From NCBI RefSeq assembly GCF_006345805.1, contig NC_043012.1:42780001-42844000 (forward strand): 64,000 bases of DNA, in the 5' to 3' direction. The notes beneath the pieces are model-generated. The model saw nothing but the letters and a program-made list of their open reading frames with translations. It was not told where the DNA came from and ran no database searches. The DNA comes from Octopus sinensis (taxonomy: Eukaryota). This document shows positions 52,102 through 64,000 of the stretch, one piece after another (positions within the stretch are counted from its first letter, which is position 1; each line of letters starts with the position of its first letter). A program made the position numbers and the translations under genes.

Positions 52102-52357
52102 ATCGTGATCTGGTGATTACCGCCCGTTGATAAGAGGCAATAACCTCGAAACCGCGGTCCGGTGCGTATCACTTAGGCTTACGAGAAAGGGATGGCCTCC
52201 CTTTGCAAATACCATAAGGGCACAGATAGTGTACCTAAAGCCAGCTAAAGCTACACTAACACCCCCTTTTGTGGTTAGCCATATTGAGATGGCTATTGTA
52301 CTTTACATTGTCAAGCGATTACTGTTTACATCTCGTTCTGAGATTTAATAATGCTTA
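52102..52357 (+). repeat. Continuation of the interrupted 356-bp unit
   Basis: Near-identical to 45384-45664 except for a deletion of about 25 bp that removes the ggagacgatgatcttc hairpin. Confidence 0.9.
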
Positions 52358-52639
52358 TATATATATGCCTGTGCATATATGGGTACAGCACATAAAAAAG
52401 ACGTGAACAAAATGAAAAATGAGAACATAAAAAAACAAAGACATGGAAAATTAACTTTTTTCGAACAATGAAAGAAACAAGTAGAGAAACGAGGAGGCAA
52501 CATGAAGAACGATTCCTTCATCAGTTGTCCCCTGTTTTATCTACTCTGCATTTCAAATGTTGGGACAAGACGCGACTTCGTTACAACAGTCGTTCTCGCA
52601 AAGCAATTTAAATAAAATTTTGGATTTGCAGAGAGTTAA

Positions 52640-53500
52640 AGTGGTAACAAAAACAGGACAGTATGTGTATTTCTGCATTTGATATACCTGGTTTCAGGTG
52701 TGTTTACATAAGTGCTATGAATAATGCTTTGATTGCATGCAACAATGTCCCTCAGGGAAGGAATTTTTGTCCTGTTATTTAGTGTTAACAGTCTTTTGAT
52801 GTTCAGTAAGAGCACCGATATGATGTGTGTGTTGTTGCCAGTGGTGTCCACCTTGGGTCCATTTGCTGCAGTGGTCTTGTGTATTGGGGATAGTCCCATC
52901 TGTGAGATTGATGCAGCCAGGTTAGTTGCTGTACAATCTTTTGTGCCATGCAAAAAAAAGATTCTTGTTCAGCAGCTATCCTTTCAACAACATGTTGATA
53001 GGACTGGTTTGTAGCATGCGCTATATTTGCATATTTCTGTTTTGAGGCAGGTGCTATGTAATCCTTTCCCTTTTGCGAGTCGATTCCACTCTGTTTCATG
53101 TTTGTGTGGCAGGGTCTTTGGTGTGCAAAACAGCAGCTTGCACCTCCTTCTCCAGTAGACCTTTCAAGTAGAATTTACATATTCGTATGTGCTGTCTCTT
53201 TTTAACATTTTTTGATGTATAGGCAGTCACACTTGCTTCTTTGTTTGGCTTTGTTTTTTGCTCCTTTTGGTCTTCCTTTCTGGGCTCTTTCACCTCCTTG
53301 GCTTTTTACTTTGATGGTGGTAGGGGCACTTGGGTTTTCTTTCCTTGCTGGTCTCTTTGTACCGTCTTCTTTGTTTACCTGAATGTCTACCAAGTGGGGA
53401 GAACATCTTTCACATATATCCATGCCTCTGATCTTGTCATCTTTGCTCTGTTCATTATCAAAGGTGGCATCAAGAGTGCTAATGTGAGATCTTATGAGAG
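52640..53500 (-). mobile_element. 5' fragment of a second CR1-like copy (ORF1 and start of APE)
   Basis: ICKFYLKG, FFCMAQKIVQQLTWLHQ and VLLLNIKRLLTLNNRTKIP are homologous to 27913-28450. Confidence 0.85.
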
Positions 53501-53519
53501 CGTAGGAGTGTATAAACTC

Positions 53520-53810
53520 CTGCGTCTTTCGCTCTATCTGTTTTGTGTTCTTTGTATGAATTTTGAATAACCCTAGCTGTGTGAATGGTACATTACCATC
53601 CTGAAAGATTACCCTATCATCAGGGAATGATGTTTGTACTAATTGATGGATATAATCAACTAAAATATCCAATTAATCCTTGGCATTAACTTTGCCATGT
53701 AGAAAAACTAAAGGACCAAAAGAATTCTGTGATATGGCTGCCCAAATCATCACAAAGCCACCACCTCCATGCTTGACAGCATGGTTAAAGGCTTCTTTGG
53801 GCTGTCTACA
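53520..53810 (-). mobile_element. Tc1 transposase catalytic-domain fragment
   Basis: AVKHGGGFVMIWAAISQNSFGPLVFLHGKVNAKD...VIFQDGNVP. Confidence 0.75.
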
Positions 53811-54571
53811 TATTGCTCTGGTTATAATTTACAAAGTCTTATCTGCCAATTAATTCATTGATTAAATCATCAAATAAGCCACCTCTCAAAGAATGATGAG
53901 TGGCCATTTTTTAAAAGAAAGTTTTGATAAAATAAACCTTAGGAGGAGGGGGGGGGGAAATCACAAAAATTCAACATGTTTGTTGTTAACATTGACCCAT
54001 GCATGAATAAATGATAGAGAAAGGGATTACATTTTTGTCCTTTAGATTAGAGACTTGCATAACTCCTTTTAAACTGATGTAAACAAGAGTAATTCAATTT
54101 GTGCAGTTTCAGACAGTGTAGGACAGATAGACTGGTAGATACAGTGTTGTACAGATTCATGTTCTACAGGGTGCTAATCTATATGTTAATATGGTAAGGC
54201 CAAATGCATTAAGCTGTTACGTGACTAGTTAAAGGGAGTGGTGAAGAACAAGGCAAAAAGGAGAGAGAAGTGTTAACATGTGGTAAGGGAAAAGTAATAG
54301 TTATTACATGGTTAGCAAGTTAGTTGAAGGGAGAGATATAGAGTAAGAGAGTTTGAAATACAATATTTTAGCAGAAGAGTGATGTTCTGCTGGTGAGGTT
54401 AAAAAAATGTACATAAAGAGAGAGTGGAGGGCAGTTATATTAAGAGTGAGAGATAGTATGCTAGCCAATGCATTATGCTGTTATATGGTTAGTGGGAGAG
54501 GTAAAGAGAAACAGAGAAATGATAATGATGTGAAGAGGGGAATTACATAGGTAAGAAGTTTGTTGAAGTTA

Positions 54572-55806
54572 TGAGGGTTGGCTGAAAAGTTCATCACAGG
54601 CTGAGCAAGATACTCTCATGGAATGACCAAATGAGGTTTATTTTTCGACAATTTCCCTTGTGGTTTATACACTTCTTCCATCAGTGTTGCAGTGCCTGGA
54701 TCCTATTGATGAAGAAGCTTTCATCCTGTTGATTGAAAAAGTCATCAACAGCAGATACGATATTATCATTACTGTGATACTGGTTCCTGACCAAGTGTTT
54801 TTTCACCCTAACCCTAACCCAAATTAGGAGAATAGGTGATCAATCTGTTTAAAGCCACAGTCACACACAGCAACCATTGAAACCAAGGATTTGTGTGTTG
54901 GAGCATTGACTGATGAAACAAGATCCCTTTCATCAGTTTTCCTGGGCATTTGGTCTTGATAGCCTTTTGTAATGCTTCAGCAAGTTGGCATAATTCTCTT
55001 CATTGTTGGTGTGATACTTTTGAAGATGGTTATTAGACAATGCCTTTTGCATCCCAGAAAACAGAGGCCATCACCTTCCCTACGGATGAAACAACCATGG
55101 CCTTCCTTGCAGCAGGTGAGGAGGGGTGTTTCCACTGCATGAATTGTCTTTTCATTTCTGCCTCAAAGTGATGAAGCCCACACTTATCCTGGGTTGGGGA
55201 TCATTCAAGGAAACCAGCTGGATATGCCTGAAACAATGTAAGATTTTCCCATGATGTGATCAGGTGTCAGAAGACATGAAACCCACTGAGCAGAAACTTT
55301 CATCCTGCCAAGTTCATTGTGCAGAATATTCCCAACTCTCACGGGATATGCTAACAGCATTACCTATTTGATTTATAGTCAGTTATCTGTCACCATGTGG
55401 TGAACGCGATCAATGTTTTCCCTTGTCCTTTCCCAAGGTTTGGACATACTGAAACTGTTTCAGGATGTCCAAACCTTGGGTAATCTTCAAAACACTCCCT
55501 TATCCTCCTAAATTCTACTCCACTTTTGCACTGGTGATAAAGGCAAAATGTAGCTCCTATGTCAGCACAGATATTGTTGGGGGCTAAACTCTTTTTACTT
55601 GATAACACCACCATGCCAAATTATGTCCACTTTGAAAAGAAGTCACTACTATTTACTTTTGAAGTCTTCTTTGAAGAGTCAGATGTCAGTTTACCTGGAA
55701 AGAATGCATTTATTAATAAGAAGATGTGAAATTAATGCATGCAAGATTTCACAGCTCTAACTTAACTCTTTCATAGTTAGCCTATGAACATTTCAGCTTA
55801 CCTTCG
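54572..55806 (-). mobile_element. Full-length decayed mariner element (about 1.24 kb)
   Basis: Inverted termini tgagggttggctgaaaagttcat / atgaacatttcagcttaccttcg; broken frames give ILHNELG.MKVSAQWV, QWKHPSSPAARKA, GKVMASVFWDAKG, YSP and WKKC. Confidence 0.85.
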
Positions 55807-56616
55807 TGGAGGTAGAGAGAAAAAGAGAGTGTTTAGCAGAGGGAAATTTTAAACACCATATATTATTGTGACTGACAAGAAAAATATTTATTATAATTCT
55901 GCTTATTCATTTGTTCACACCTCAGAGACAGTGGGAGGTAGAATGTGTGAGAGATGGAATGAAAGTCAGAGAGAGGGAGGGCTGTTAGTGAGATAACAGA
56001 TAGTCAGCCAATGGAATACACTCTTGGGTTAGTGGAAGTGAGAGGGGAAGAGGAAGAGAGAAATCTTAAGGATATGAAGAAGGGAATTACAAGGTTAAAA
56101 AACTTGTTGAAATAAGAGGTAGAGAGAAAAAGAGAGGAATATGAAGTGTTTAGCAGAGGGGAATTTTAAAATCATGATATATTATTGTGACTAGAAATGA
56201 AATAACTTAAAATAGCTGTGGATGTTATTTTCTTTTTAATTTTCAATGGAATTGAAACTAATCATGTAAATAAAAATGTGTATATTCTCTATATCATTTT
56301 GTGTACATAAAATTGTATATAATGTAATTATGATAAAATATGCATAATAAAGAATATGCAATTATATATTGATTTTCCAATTTCAGTAGAATTAAATACT
56401 AATGAATGATATGTGCATGAAATATTGTATAGATTGTTACTAAATATTTTTGTATCATTTATTGCACAGGCAACAATACGAATAGTATGCAATAAAAATG
56501 CAAGTCATCGTTTCTTAAATAGCTTCTGATGAAATTCATTTATGCACTTTTTTCCTACTAAATGCTATATGTATTTTTGTTATATGAACTTCTTTTTTTT
56601 TTTTTTGCTTGTTTAG

Positions 56617-56769
56617 GATAATCTCCTGAGAGAGGTTGTTGGACAACATGGACTTAATGATTGGAAATTAATTGCTGGCTACTTACCTGACCGTACGTGT
56701 GTACAGTGTCAACATCGCTGGTTGAAAGTGTTGAACCCTGAACTAGTAAAGGGTCCATGGACAAAAGAG
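56617..56769 (+). CDS. MYB: Myb coding exon 3 (repeat R1 and start of R2)
   Basis: tttag|GAT...; DNLLREVVGQHGLNDWKLIAGYLPDRTCVQCQHRWLKVLNPELVKGPWTKE, cf. c-Myb ...WKVIANYLPNRTDVQCQHRWQKVLNPELIKGPWTKE. No later exon was found in the window. Confidence 0.95.
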
Positions 56770-58288
56770 GTTCTATTTTACTTGAATAATAAAATTGTAC
56801 ATTATTGTGTTTATTTTGTAAAATCTTACATATTTTTTCAGTCACTTGCTTGTTTTATATTTTAGTAAATGAAACATGTAATTAATTTCAAATGATAGTT
56901 GCTTCTTGCATTGGATTTTCTATTTATTTTTAGTAAGTTAATATTTTTGCAAACTGTCTTATTCATGGTGAACCAACTTGAATCAAAACAGTGAGTTGTA
57001 TAGTCATTCTTAATACATTCTGGTAGATTTGAACATAATTTGATACTTGAACTTATGAACTATGACTTACAAACCTGTTTTCTTCCACCTTATATTAGAT
57101 GCATGTTCATGTACCTGTATGTACATATATATGTTTATATCTATACATGTATGTTCATTTTCATATAGGTATGTGTATATATTGTGTATTTCCATTCCTA
57201 TCCTTTAATTACGGTAGTAGTTGAATAATATTCTTAGGGCCGCAATTTATTTACGTGTGGCATCTTTCAGGGCTAATTCAGTCACTAATTCAGTTCTTAA
57301 CCAAATAGAAAACTGTTAACATTTTTGTAGAGGACTGGCCTCTGGCTACATTTTGGCATTAAAAAATTGAGATTTAGTTGTGTAGAAAAAAAAGTTTAAA
57401 TCAAAATTTGTAGCAATGTTATAGGAGAGTAAGTAATACCTTTAATCAAGTTTAAATATATTTATCTTAGCTTCAATGATAGAAGAAGGCATGAGGAATT
57501 TCATAGTTTTGGTCCCATGCAACAAAAATTTATATCAAAGTAGTTGTGAAAAAACTATAAGTAAGGAATGAATTGGATTTAAGTATAATTAACTTTTTTA
57601 TTTTAAAAGCAAACTATATTTTAATTAAAGTTTAAATGATAAAGGCTCAATATGATGAATTTCATGGTATCAATCTCATGCAATGAAGTTTTAAATGAAA
57701 AAAAGTTATGTTTGTTTCTCAAATTTGAGGGTGGTAATATAGTTCTATACTTTTTTATGAATATAATTCTACATGTATGGGAACATCTAATATATGTCAC
57801 CGACATCATTGAGGTAGGGGAAAAAATTATCAGCGACACTGCTAATTTGCAATTAGTTTAATTATGTCATCTGTATTAATTAATGCAATTATATCATGTA
57901 AACACAGTCCTGTAATATCTGTGACAAGAAACGATCATTTTTGCATTTTTCCCCTCCTAAATGTTATATGCATTTTTGTTATATGAACTTTTTTCTAGCT
58001 AATCACTGTTGTGTTTCATCATTGGAGAACGTCTTCTTTCAGATGAATCTATCATAACACAATTCATTAGTGTAAGAGTACATTCAATATTTCAACATCA
58101 TTGTGTCTTATTAGCCAAAGACACACTGGATTAATGAATCTCATCAAGATATCAAGGTCTTTGTTTATAAGTTCAAGCACCAAATTATTTTCTGATAATA
58201 ATTTGTGAACTGTTCACTGCTTCCATTTTAATGTTTGAGGTCCTGTTAGGGTAGAGGCATTTCATTTCCAAGAATTATAAATCTTCAG

Positions 58289-58323
<35 letters not shown>

Positions 58324-58452
58324 GGCACATGTGCATGTTGCTAGGTCTGGAGGAAAGAACATTGCCCATGATCTTCATAAGTCCCTCAGAGGTTGGTAAG
58401 TTCAATGCTGTCAATGTTCTATTTTTGTAAGGTAGGTTACTCTGAGGAAAGC

Positions 58453-58534
<82 letters not shown>

Positions 58535-58559
58535 CCAGAAAGTCAACATTATAGGATAA

Positions 58560-59950
58560 GAGAGTGGATGTAATAATTACTGTGGATCATAGGGTGTTGG
58601 ATACAGTATAGGTGATAAGGAGAAAAGAGACAAACAGGCTGGGAATGCCTAAGTAAAAAGTGCTTAAGACCAAGGAAAAGAGGTCATTAAAGTAGTAACA
58701 GAAAAGAAAGAGAGAGAGAGGAGACAGCATTTCTTTAAGCTAGAGGTTGGAGTGTGTCTGTGTGACTTTAAGTCAATCAGATTATTGGTCTTTCTGTAGA
58801 TGCAGCTTCGGATGTCAATGCGTTGCATCAACATTGTCCCAGATGTGGAAACATTACCCAGTAATTTTGGGGACTGAACTACTTTTCTGGATACGAACAA
58901 AAGAACCAGTTTTGAAATGGAATCCTAGCTATGTTAAAGAATTGCAAGGACTCTATGTTTAAGGGAGTGAAATGCTGTGATTTTTTCTGATATGAGTAGT
59001 GTTTGCTTGTGGCATGGTTTTTTTTGTTTACTGTTGAAAGACAAGGTTGGCACTATCTCATTACAGGATGTTTTTGAGGATGTTCATGTAGTCAGTGAAG
59101 ATTATGTGTGAGATGTCTAAGTTGCCTATGGATGGTGCATAGTTGGGGAAGAGTGCATATGAGCAGGCATTGTTGGCTAGGGCAGCAAGTAAGTTATCAA
59201 TATACAGGAGGAAGAGTATGGGTGACAAAACTGAACTCTGGGACACACCTGAGATGATAAAAGAGGGGGACAAAATGTGGTCTATCAGCATAGGTTGTGA
59301 TAGTGCAGAATAATGAAAGAAGGATGGAGCCTGTAGGTAAGCAGTTTTGGTATGATGCACATGTCAGATACTTGAAAACTTTTCTGAGATTGAGGCCAAT
59401 AACACTGGTTTTGCCAAACTTCTCTGGAGCAAGAGCTTACTGGTAAGTGAAATAGGGATGTAGGTTTCCAGTAGATCTAGTTTTATGGAAGTAATACCAG
59501 TGGGCTACTGATAGGTAGGTGGGGAGAGATTGGTGAATGTAGGGCCAGCTCTGGGGTGCAGTGTTTGAAAATAATGGAATGGATATTGTCAAGGCTAATG
59601 GCTTTGCTTGTTTAGTGAAACCAAAGGTAATTGTCACATTTAACTTGTATGTATGTAAGGTGGTAAACCTAGTGGAGTGAAAGGGAATTTATGTGTAGAT
59701 TTATCAAATCAGTTCAGCATAGTTGTAGGTAAAGTGGGAGCAAAGGTGGAGGCTTTCTCTATGGGAATACTGCTCACAGAACCTTGTAGCTGAGATGCTG
59801 AGGAAAGCATGTTTCGACAAAGTTGGAAATCCTTTTTGGTAGGAGATCATAAGGATCAGCAGTGGAAGAGCTTGAGGTTTAAGTAGTATGGGGATGCATT
59901 TTTTTTTGTAGTTCATATGCTGGTCTTGCAAGATTTGTGACGTTGTCTGA
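58560..59950 (-). mobile_element. Old CR1/L2-like LINE RT relic
   Basis: SGVSQSSVLSPILFLLYIDNLL (GVPQGSVLSP-type motif); boundaries approximate. Confidence 0.6.
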
Positions 59951-61360
59951 TTTGTGAAAGTGGTTGGCTTTTTAACCAGAGGTGTAGAAGCAAGGTCTGG
60001 AATCGAAGGGCCTTAGAGTCAATCTAGCAAAAAACCAAAGTCTTAGTAAGTAGGAAGGCAGACAAATCACAAATCCCTTCATGTAGATGGCCCTGCTTGA
60101 TCTGTAGAAAAGGTGTAGGGAGAAACTCCACAAGATGTACTTGGTGTAAGCTATGGACACATAAGAGGTGCATCAATATCAAAGGAAGGTTAACTGGGAA
60201 GATAGTTTGTGTGTGGGGAAGATGTATAGAAAACAGATTCCATCACATGCCAGGTGGAAAAACTAGAAGTAGCTGATAGCTTCCGATACCTAGGTGACTA
60301 AGTTAGTAGCAGGGGTGAATGCTGTGAGAGTGTAGCTGCTAGAATAAGAATAGCCCGGGCAAAGTTCAGAGAGCTCCTACCTCTACTGGTGACAAAAGGT
60401 CTCTCACTCAGAGTGAAAGGTAGGCTGTATGATGCATGTGTGTGAACAGCTATGCTACATGGCAGTAAAACATGGGCTGTGACTGCCGAGGATTTGCGTA
60501 GGCTTGAAAGAAATAAAGCTAGTATGCTCTGCTGGATATGTAATGTCTACGCACGTACACGACAGAGCGTAAGCACCTTAAGAGAAAAGTTATACATAAG
60601 AAGCATCAGTTGTGTGTAAGAGAGACAACTGGGCTGGTATGGTCATGTGATGCGTATGGATGAGGACAGCTGTGTGAAGTGTCACACCCTAACAGTGGAG
60701 GGAACCTGTGGAAGAGGTAGACTCAGGAAGACCTGGGATGAGGTGGTGAAGCACAACCTTCGAACATTGGGCCTCACAGAAGCAATGACAAGTGACTGAG
60801 ACCTTTGGAGGTATGCTGTGCTTGTGAAGACTTGGCAAGCCTAGTGAGATCATATCCATGGCTGACGCCAATGTAGCATAACTGGTCCGTTTAAAAGTAC
60901 TCTTCAATCATTGGGCAATATGCTGTGCTTGAGAAGACCTGTTGAGTCAAGTGAAATCATTGTCGTGGTTGATGCGTGTTGCCTGACTGGCACCTGTGCC
61001 AGTAACATGTAAAAAGCACCATTCGAGTGAGGCTGATGCCAGTGCTGGTGGTACATAAAAAGCACCATTCAAGCATGGTCAATGCCAGTGCTGCATGACT
61101 GGCTCCTGTGCCGGTGGCACGTAAAAAGCACCATTCGAGCATGGTTGATGCCAGTCTGCCTAACTGGCCCCCATGCTGCTGGCACATAAAATGCTCCCAC
61201 TACACTCTCAGAGTGGTTGGTGTTAGGAAGGGCATCCGGCCATAGAAACCTTGCCAGAGCAGATTGGAGCTTGGTGTAACCTCCTGGCTTGCCAGTCCTC
61301 AGTCAAACCGTCCAACCCATGGCTAGTATGGAAAGTGGACGTTAAATGATGATGATGATT
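59950..61360 (+). mobile_element. RTE LINE 3' fragment with 3'UTR repeats and (ATG)n tail
   Basis: Antisense homolog of 32371-33960; aaaagcaccattc repeats at about 61013-61135. Confidence 0.85.
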
Positions 61361-61911
61361 GAAGGCCTTGTGTTTTTGCTTGAATCCTTAAAGGACTTGG
61401 AGCGTTGAATTTTTATTGTGTGTAGAATGTGGAGGGACATGCCTAAGAGAATGTGTTCAGTCACACACTTAAATGTTTCTGTTAGGTCAGAAGTGCAGCA
61501 CATGTACGACCAGGCATAGTTAGCATACAAATGGTAGAGTCAAGTCATTTTTCTCAGTTACTTTAATGCTTACCACACTCATTCCATATTAATACCATTC
61601 GTGCAGAAACCAAAACTTTTTATGATCCTTAATTCATGTTTCATTTCCTACATATATCCCTGACTGGTACAGAGATACTATATTACAAATGATCCTCTCT
61701 TGTGGACAAAATAATGTTGAGTTCTAGAGTTGAGATAATGGGGGGGGGGGGGGAAACTGGTGGAAAATGTATACAGCTAGCTAGTTCAGAAGGGCAGAGG
61801 TAGTTGTAGTGACAGAATAAGCAAAGATAAGAGACTGCATTTGTAAGGAATTGTTTTACATCATGCTGGTAAATTAATCAGCCAATCAGTGGAACGGTTT
61901 TTTAGATTTAA

Positions 61912-62077
61912 CCCTTTGGCATTTAAACTGACAATATCCAGTACAAATATTCTATTTGTTTTTATGTTTAAATTGGTTAGATCCTGCCTCTCACAATGTT
62001 GTTCTAATATACTATCAAATCATTAGAATCTTGAAGCTACAGGTTACATTTAACTGAGTGATCTGAATGTTAAAGGG
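61912..62077. mobile_element. 166-bp piggyBac-type MITE
   Basis: TTAA|CCCTTTGGCATT...AATGTTAAAGGG|TTAA. Confidence 0.7.
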
Positions 62078-62781
62078 TTAATCTTGAATGTTTGTGTGGG
62101 TTTTACATGAACCTTGTAGAATATTAACAACTGATCTGGATTGAAGCATTTGTCGGTCTTTAAAAGAAACATAGTGTAGCTCCTGTCAGAAATTCTGATA
62201 ACTACCATTTCTAACAACTTTGTGTGTTCATGGCTTGAGAAGTTGGGTGCACTGGACAGTTTGCTTGATGTATACTGGTTGTGTCACCATAATGTAATAT
62301 TACAAGCAAACTAAAGAGCATTCAAAGTATCAAATAGAGTAAATATATTATTGTTGAAGTTGTCTATTTCTGCATTACTTGGAAAACATTCATCAGACGG
62401 TACATCTATTGAGGAATATCAACAATACTAACAGCTTTTTTGAGAATAGCATGCAGTACATCTGTAGAAACCATTCCAAAACAGATGTTGGAGTACAATG
62501 CAGTCTTTGAATTGTTAAACTATCATGCCAGCATGGAACATGGATGTTAAATGATGATGATGGTGATTGTGGTGATGATGATGTTTATTATAATGTAACT
62601 AGGACAACTTGTTACCACAATGACATTTACTTATTTTTATGTTAGCATTTAAATTATCTGTTGTTTTGATAAAAATATATACATTTATATGTGTGTATGT
62701 CATCATCATCATCACACACACACAAATAAATATAGGTATATGGTACATGCATATGCAAATGTGTGTGTATATAGGACATGT

Positions 62782-63135
62782 GCAGGAGTGGCTGTGTGGT
62801 AAGGTTATTTCCCAACCACATGGTTCCAGGTTTATTCCCACAGCAAGGCATCTCAGGCAAGTGTCTTCTGCTATAGCCTTGTGAGTGAATTTGGTAGACA
62901 GGAACTGAAAGAAGCTGGCTGTGTATATGTGTGTGTGTGTCTGTGTTTGTCCCTCCACCATCACTTGATGCTGATATTAGTGTGTTTACATCCCCGTAAC
63001 TTTGTGGTTCGGCATAAGAGACTGATAGTATAAGTACTAGGCTTATAAAGAATATGTCCTGGGGTTGATTTGTTCGACTAAAAGCAGTGCTCCAGCAAGG
63101 CCACAGTCAAATGACTGAAACAAGTAGAAGAATAA
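62782..63135 (+). mobile_element. Full-length tRNA-SINE copy
   Basis: ggagtggctgtgtggtaag...ggttccaggttta head, core and gactgaaacaagtagaag tail. Confidence 0.8.
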
Positions 63136-64000
63136 AAGAATGCTATATATATATTACACATTTATACTCTCCAATTATGTCACACTCTTTTCACTCTAAT
63201 GCACTTCACCTATTCACCCACCTTTTCTGTTCTTTTTGTTTTCTTCCTCATATTCACCTTGTAGCTTGAGGGTATGTTCTCATCATCATCCCGCTCTCTT
63301 TCCAGCTGGGGAAACATGTATTCATCTCTCCAACAACATATCTGTGCCCATCCCTGTATCATATTTTCACCCACTTCACTATTATATCTCATTCAGTTGT
63401 GGAGTTTTGTCCTATGAGTCCTTGTGACCTGACTGGTGCTAGTGCCACAAAGAAAAGCACCTAATATACACAATATAAGGAATGGTGTTAGGAAGAACAT
63501 CCAGCTGTAGGAGCCCTGACAAAGCAAACATCGGAGCTCAGCACAGCTCTTTGGGTCATCACTTTTGGTTGAAACATCCAACCCATGCCAACATCGATAA
63601 AGGGAAGTTAAAGGATAATAATGATATATATCTTCAGTGTTTAAGGTCCTTTTTCTATGTTAGGCATGGGTTGGATGGTTTGACAGGAGTTGATAAGCTA
63701 TGCCAATCCTTAGAAACAATACCTAAGCAGAAACTAGAGCACAATGTAGTCTTCAAGCCCATTGGATTCTCTCAAACCATTCACCGTTTGCCAGTATTGA
63801 GGATGAATGTTACAGGAGGAAAATGAGGCAGAGGCATAGTGTGTGCGTGTGTGTGTGTGTGAGAGAGAGATATTTATATAACAGTATATACACTTGGAGC
63901 TACAGAAATTAAAATGATGATGTACATGATTTCATCATTTGATGTCTGTTGTCTATGCTGGTATAGGTTGGACTGTTTGACTAGGGCTGGCAAGCTGGAA

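Noticed and set aside
52490-52530. CUGAUGA hammerhead core on the minus strand (52518-52524)
   Set aside because: No stem II-GAAA-stem III could be built in the correct order; at most a degraded relic.
53202-53672. 156-aa ORF as a novel gene
   Set aside because: Chance in-frame junction between a Tc1 transposase fragment and a CR1 ORF1 fragment.
56770-64000. Next Myb exon (R2: GRIGKQCRERW)
   Set aside because: No matching sequence found; the gene presumably continues beyond the window.

Overview
AT-rich, intron-containing animal DNA. The SINE and RTE-tail families and the (TA)n/(CAT)n repeats suggest octopus (inference). Two host genes are transcribed divergently. On the - strand is a complete two-exon DNAJC9 (7443-8014 + 296-455, 243 aa). 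On the + strand are the first three coding exons of a Myb gene (23241-23263, 38528-38654, 56617-56769), which continues beyond the window. Both have E2F-type promoter motifs. Most of the rest is transposable element debris: three Tx1-clade LINEs, several RTE LINEs, a near full-length CR1-like LINE with a CCCH-finger ORF1, R4/Dong-like, Penelope, Gypsy, mariner, Tc1, piggyBac and Helitron-like pieces, plus SINEs and MITEs. There is a 100-N gap at 27575-27674. The most striking unexplained structure lies in Myb intron 2. It is a 356-bp tandemly repeated, hairpin-rich unit with a TATA-like box, about 290 nt free of T4 runs and a T6 end, making it a candidate Pol III RNA gene that I cannot identify. 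Two different Tx1 families have inserted into this array head-to-head, one with a clear target-site duplication. Also notable are a decayed minimal hammerhead ribozyme in the Penelope copy, a nested 24-bp palindrome, and a LINE with an inverted 5' part. No CRISPR or prokaryotic systems were seen.
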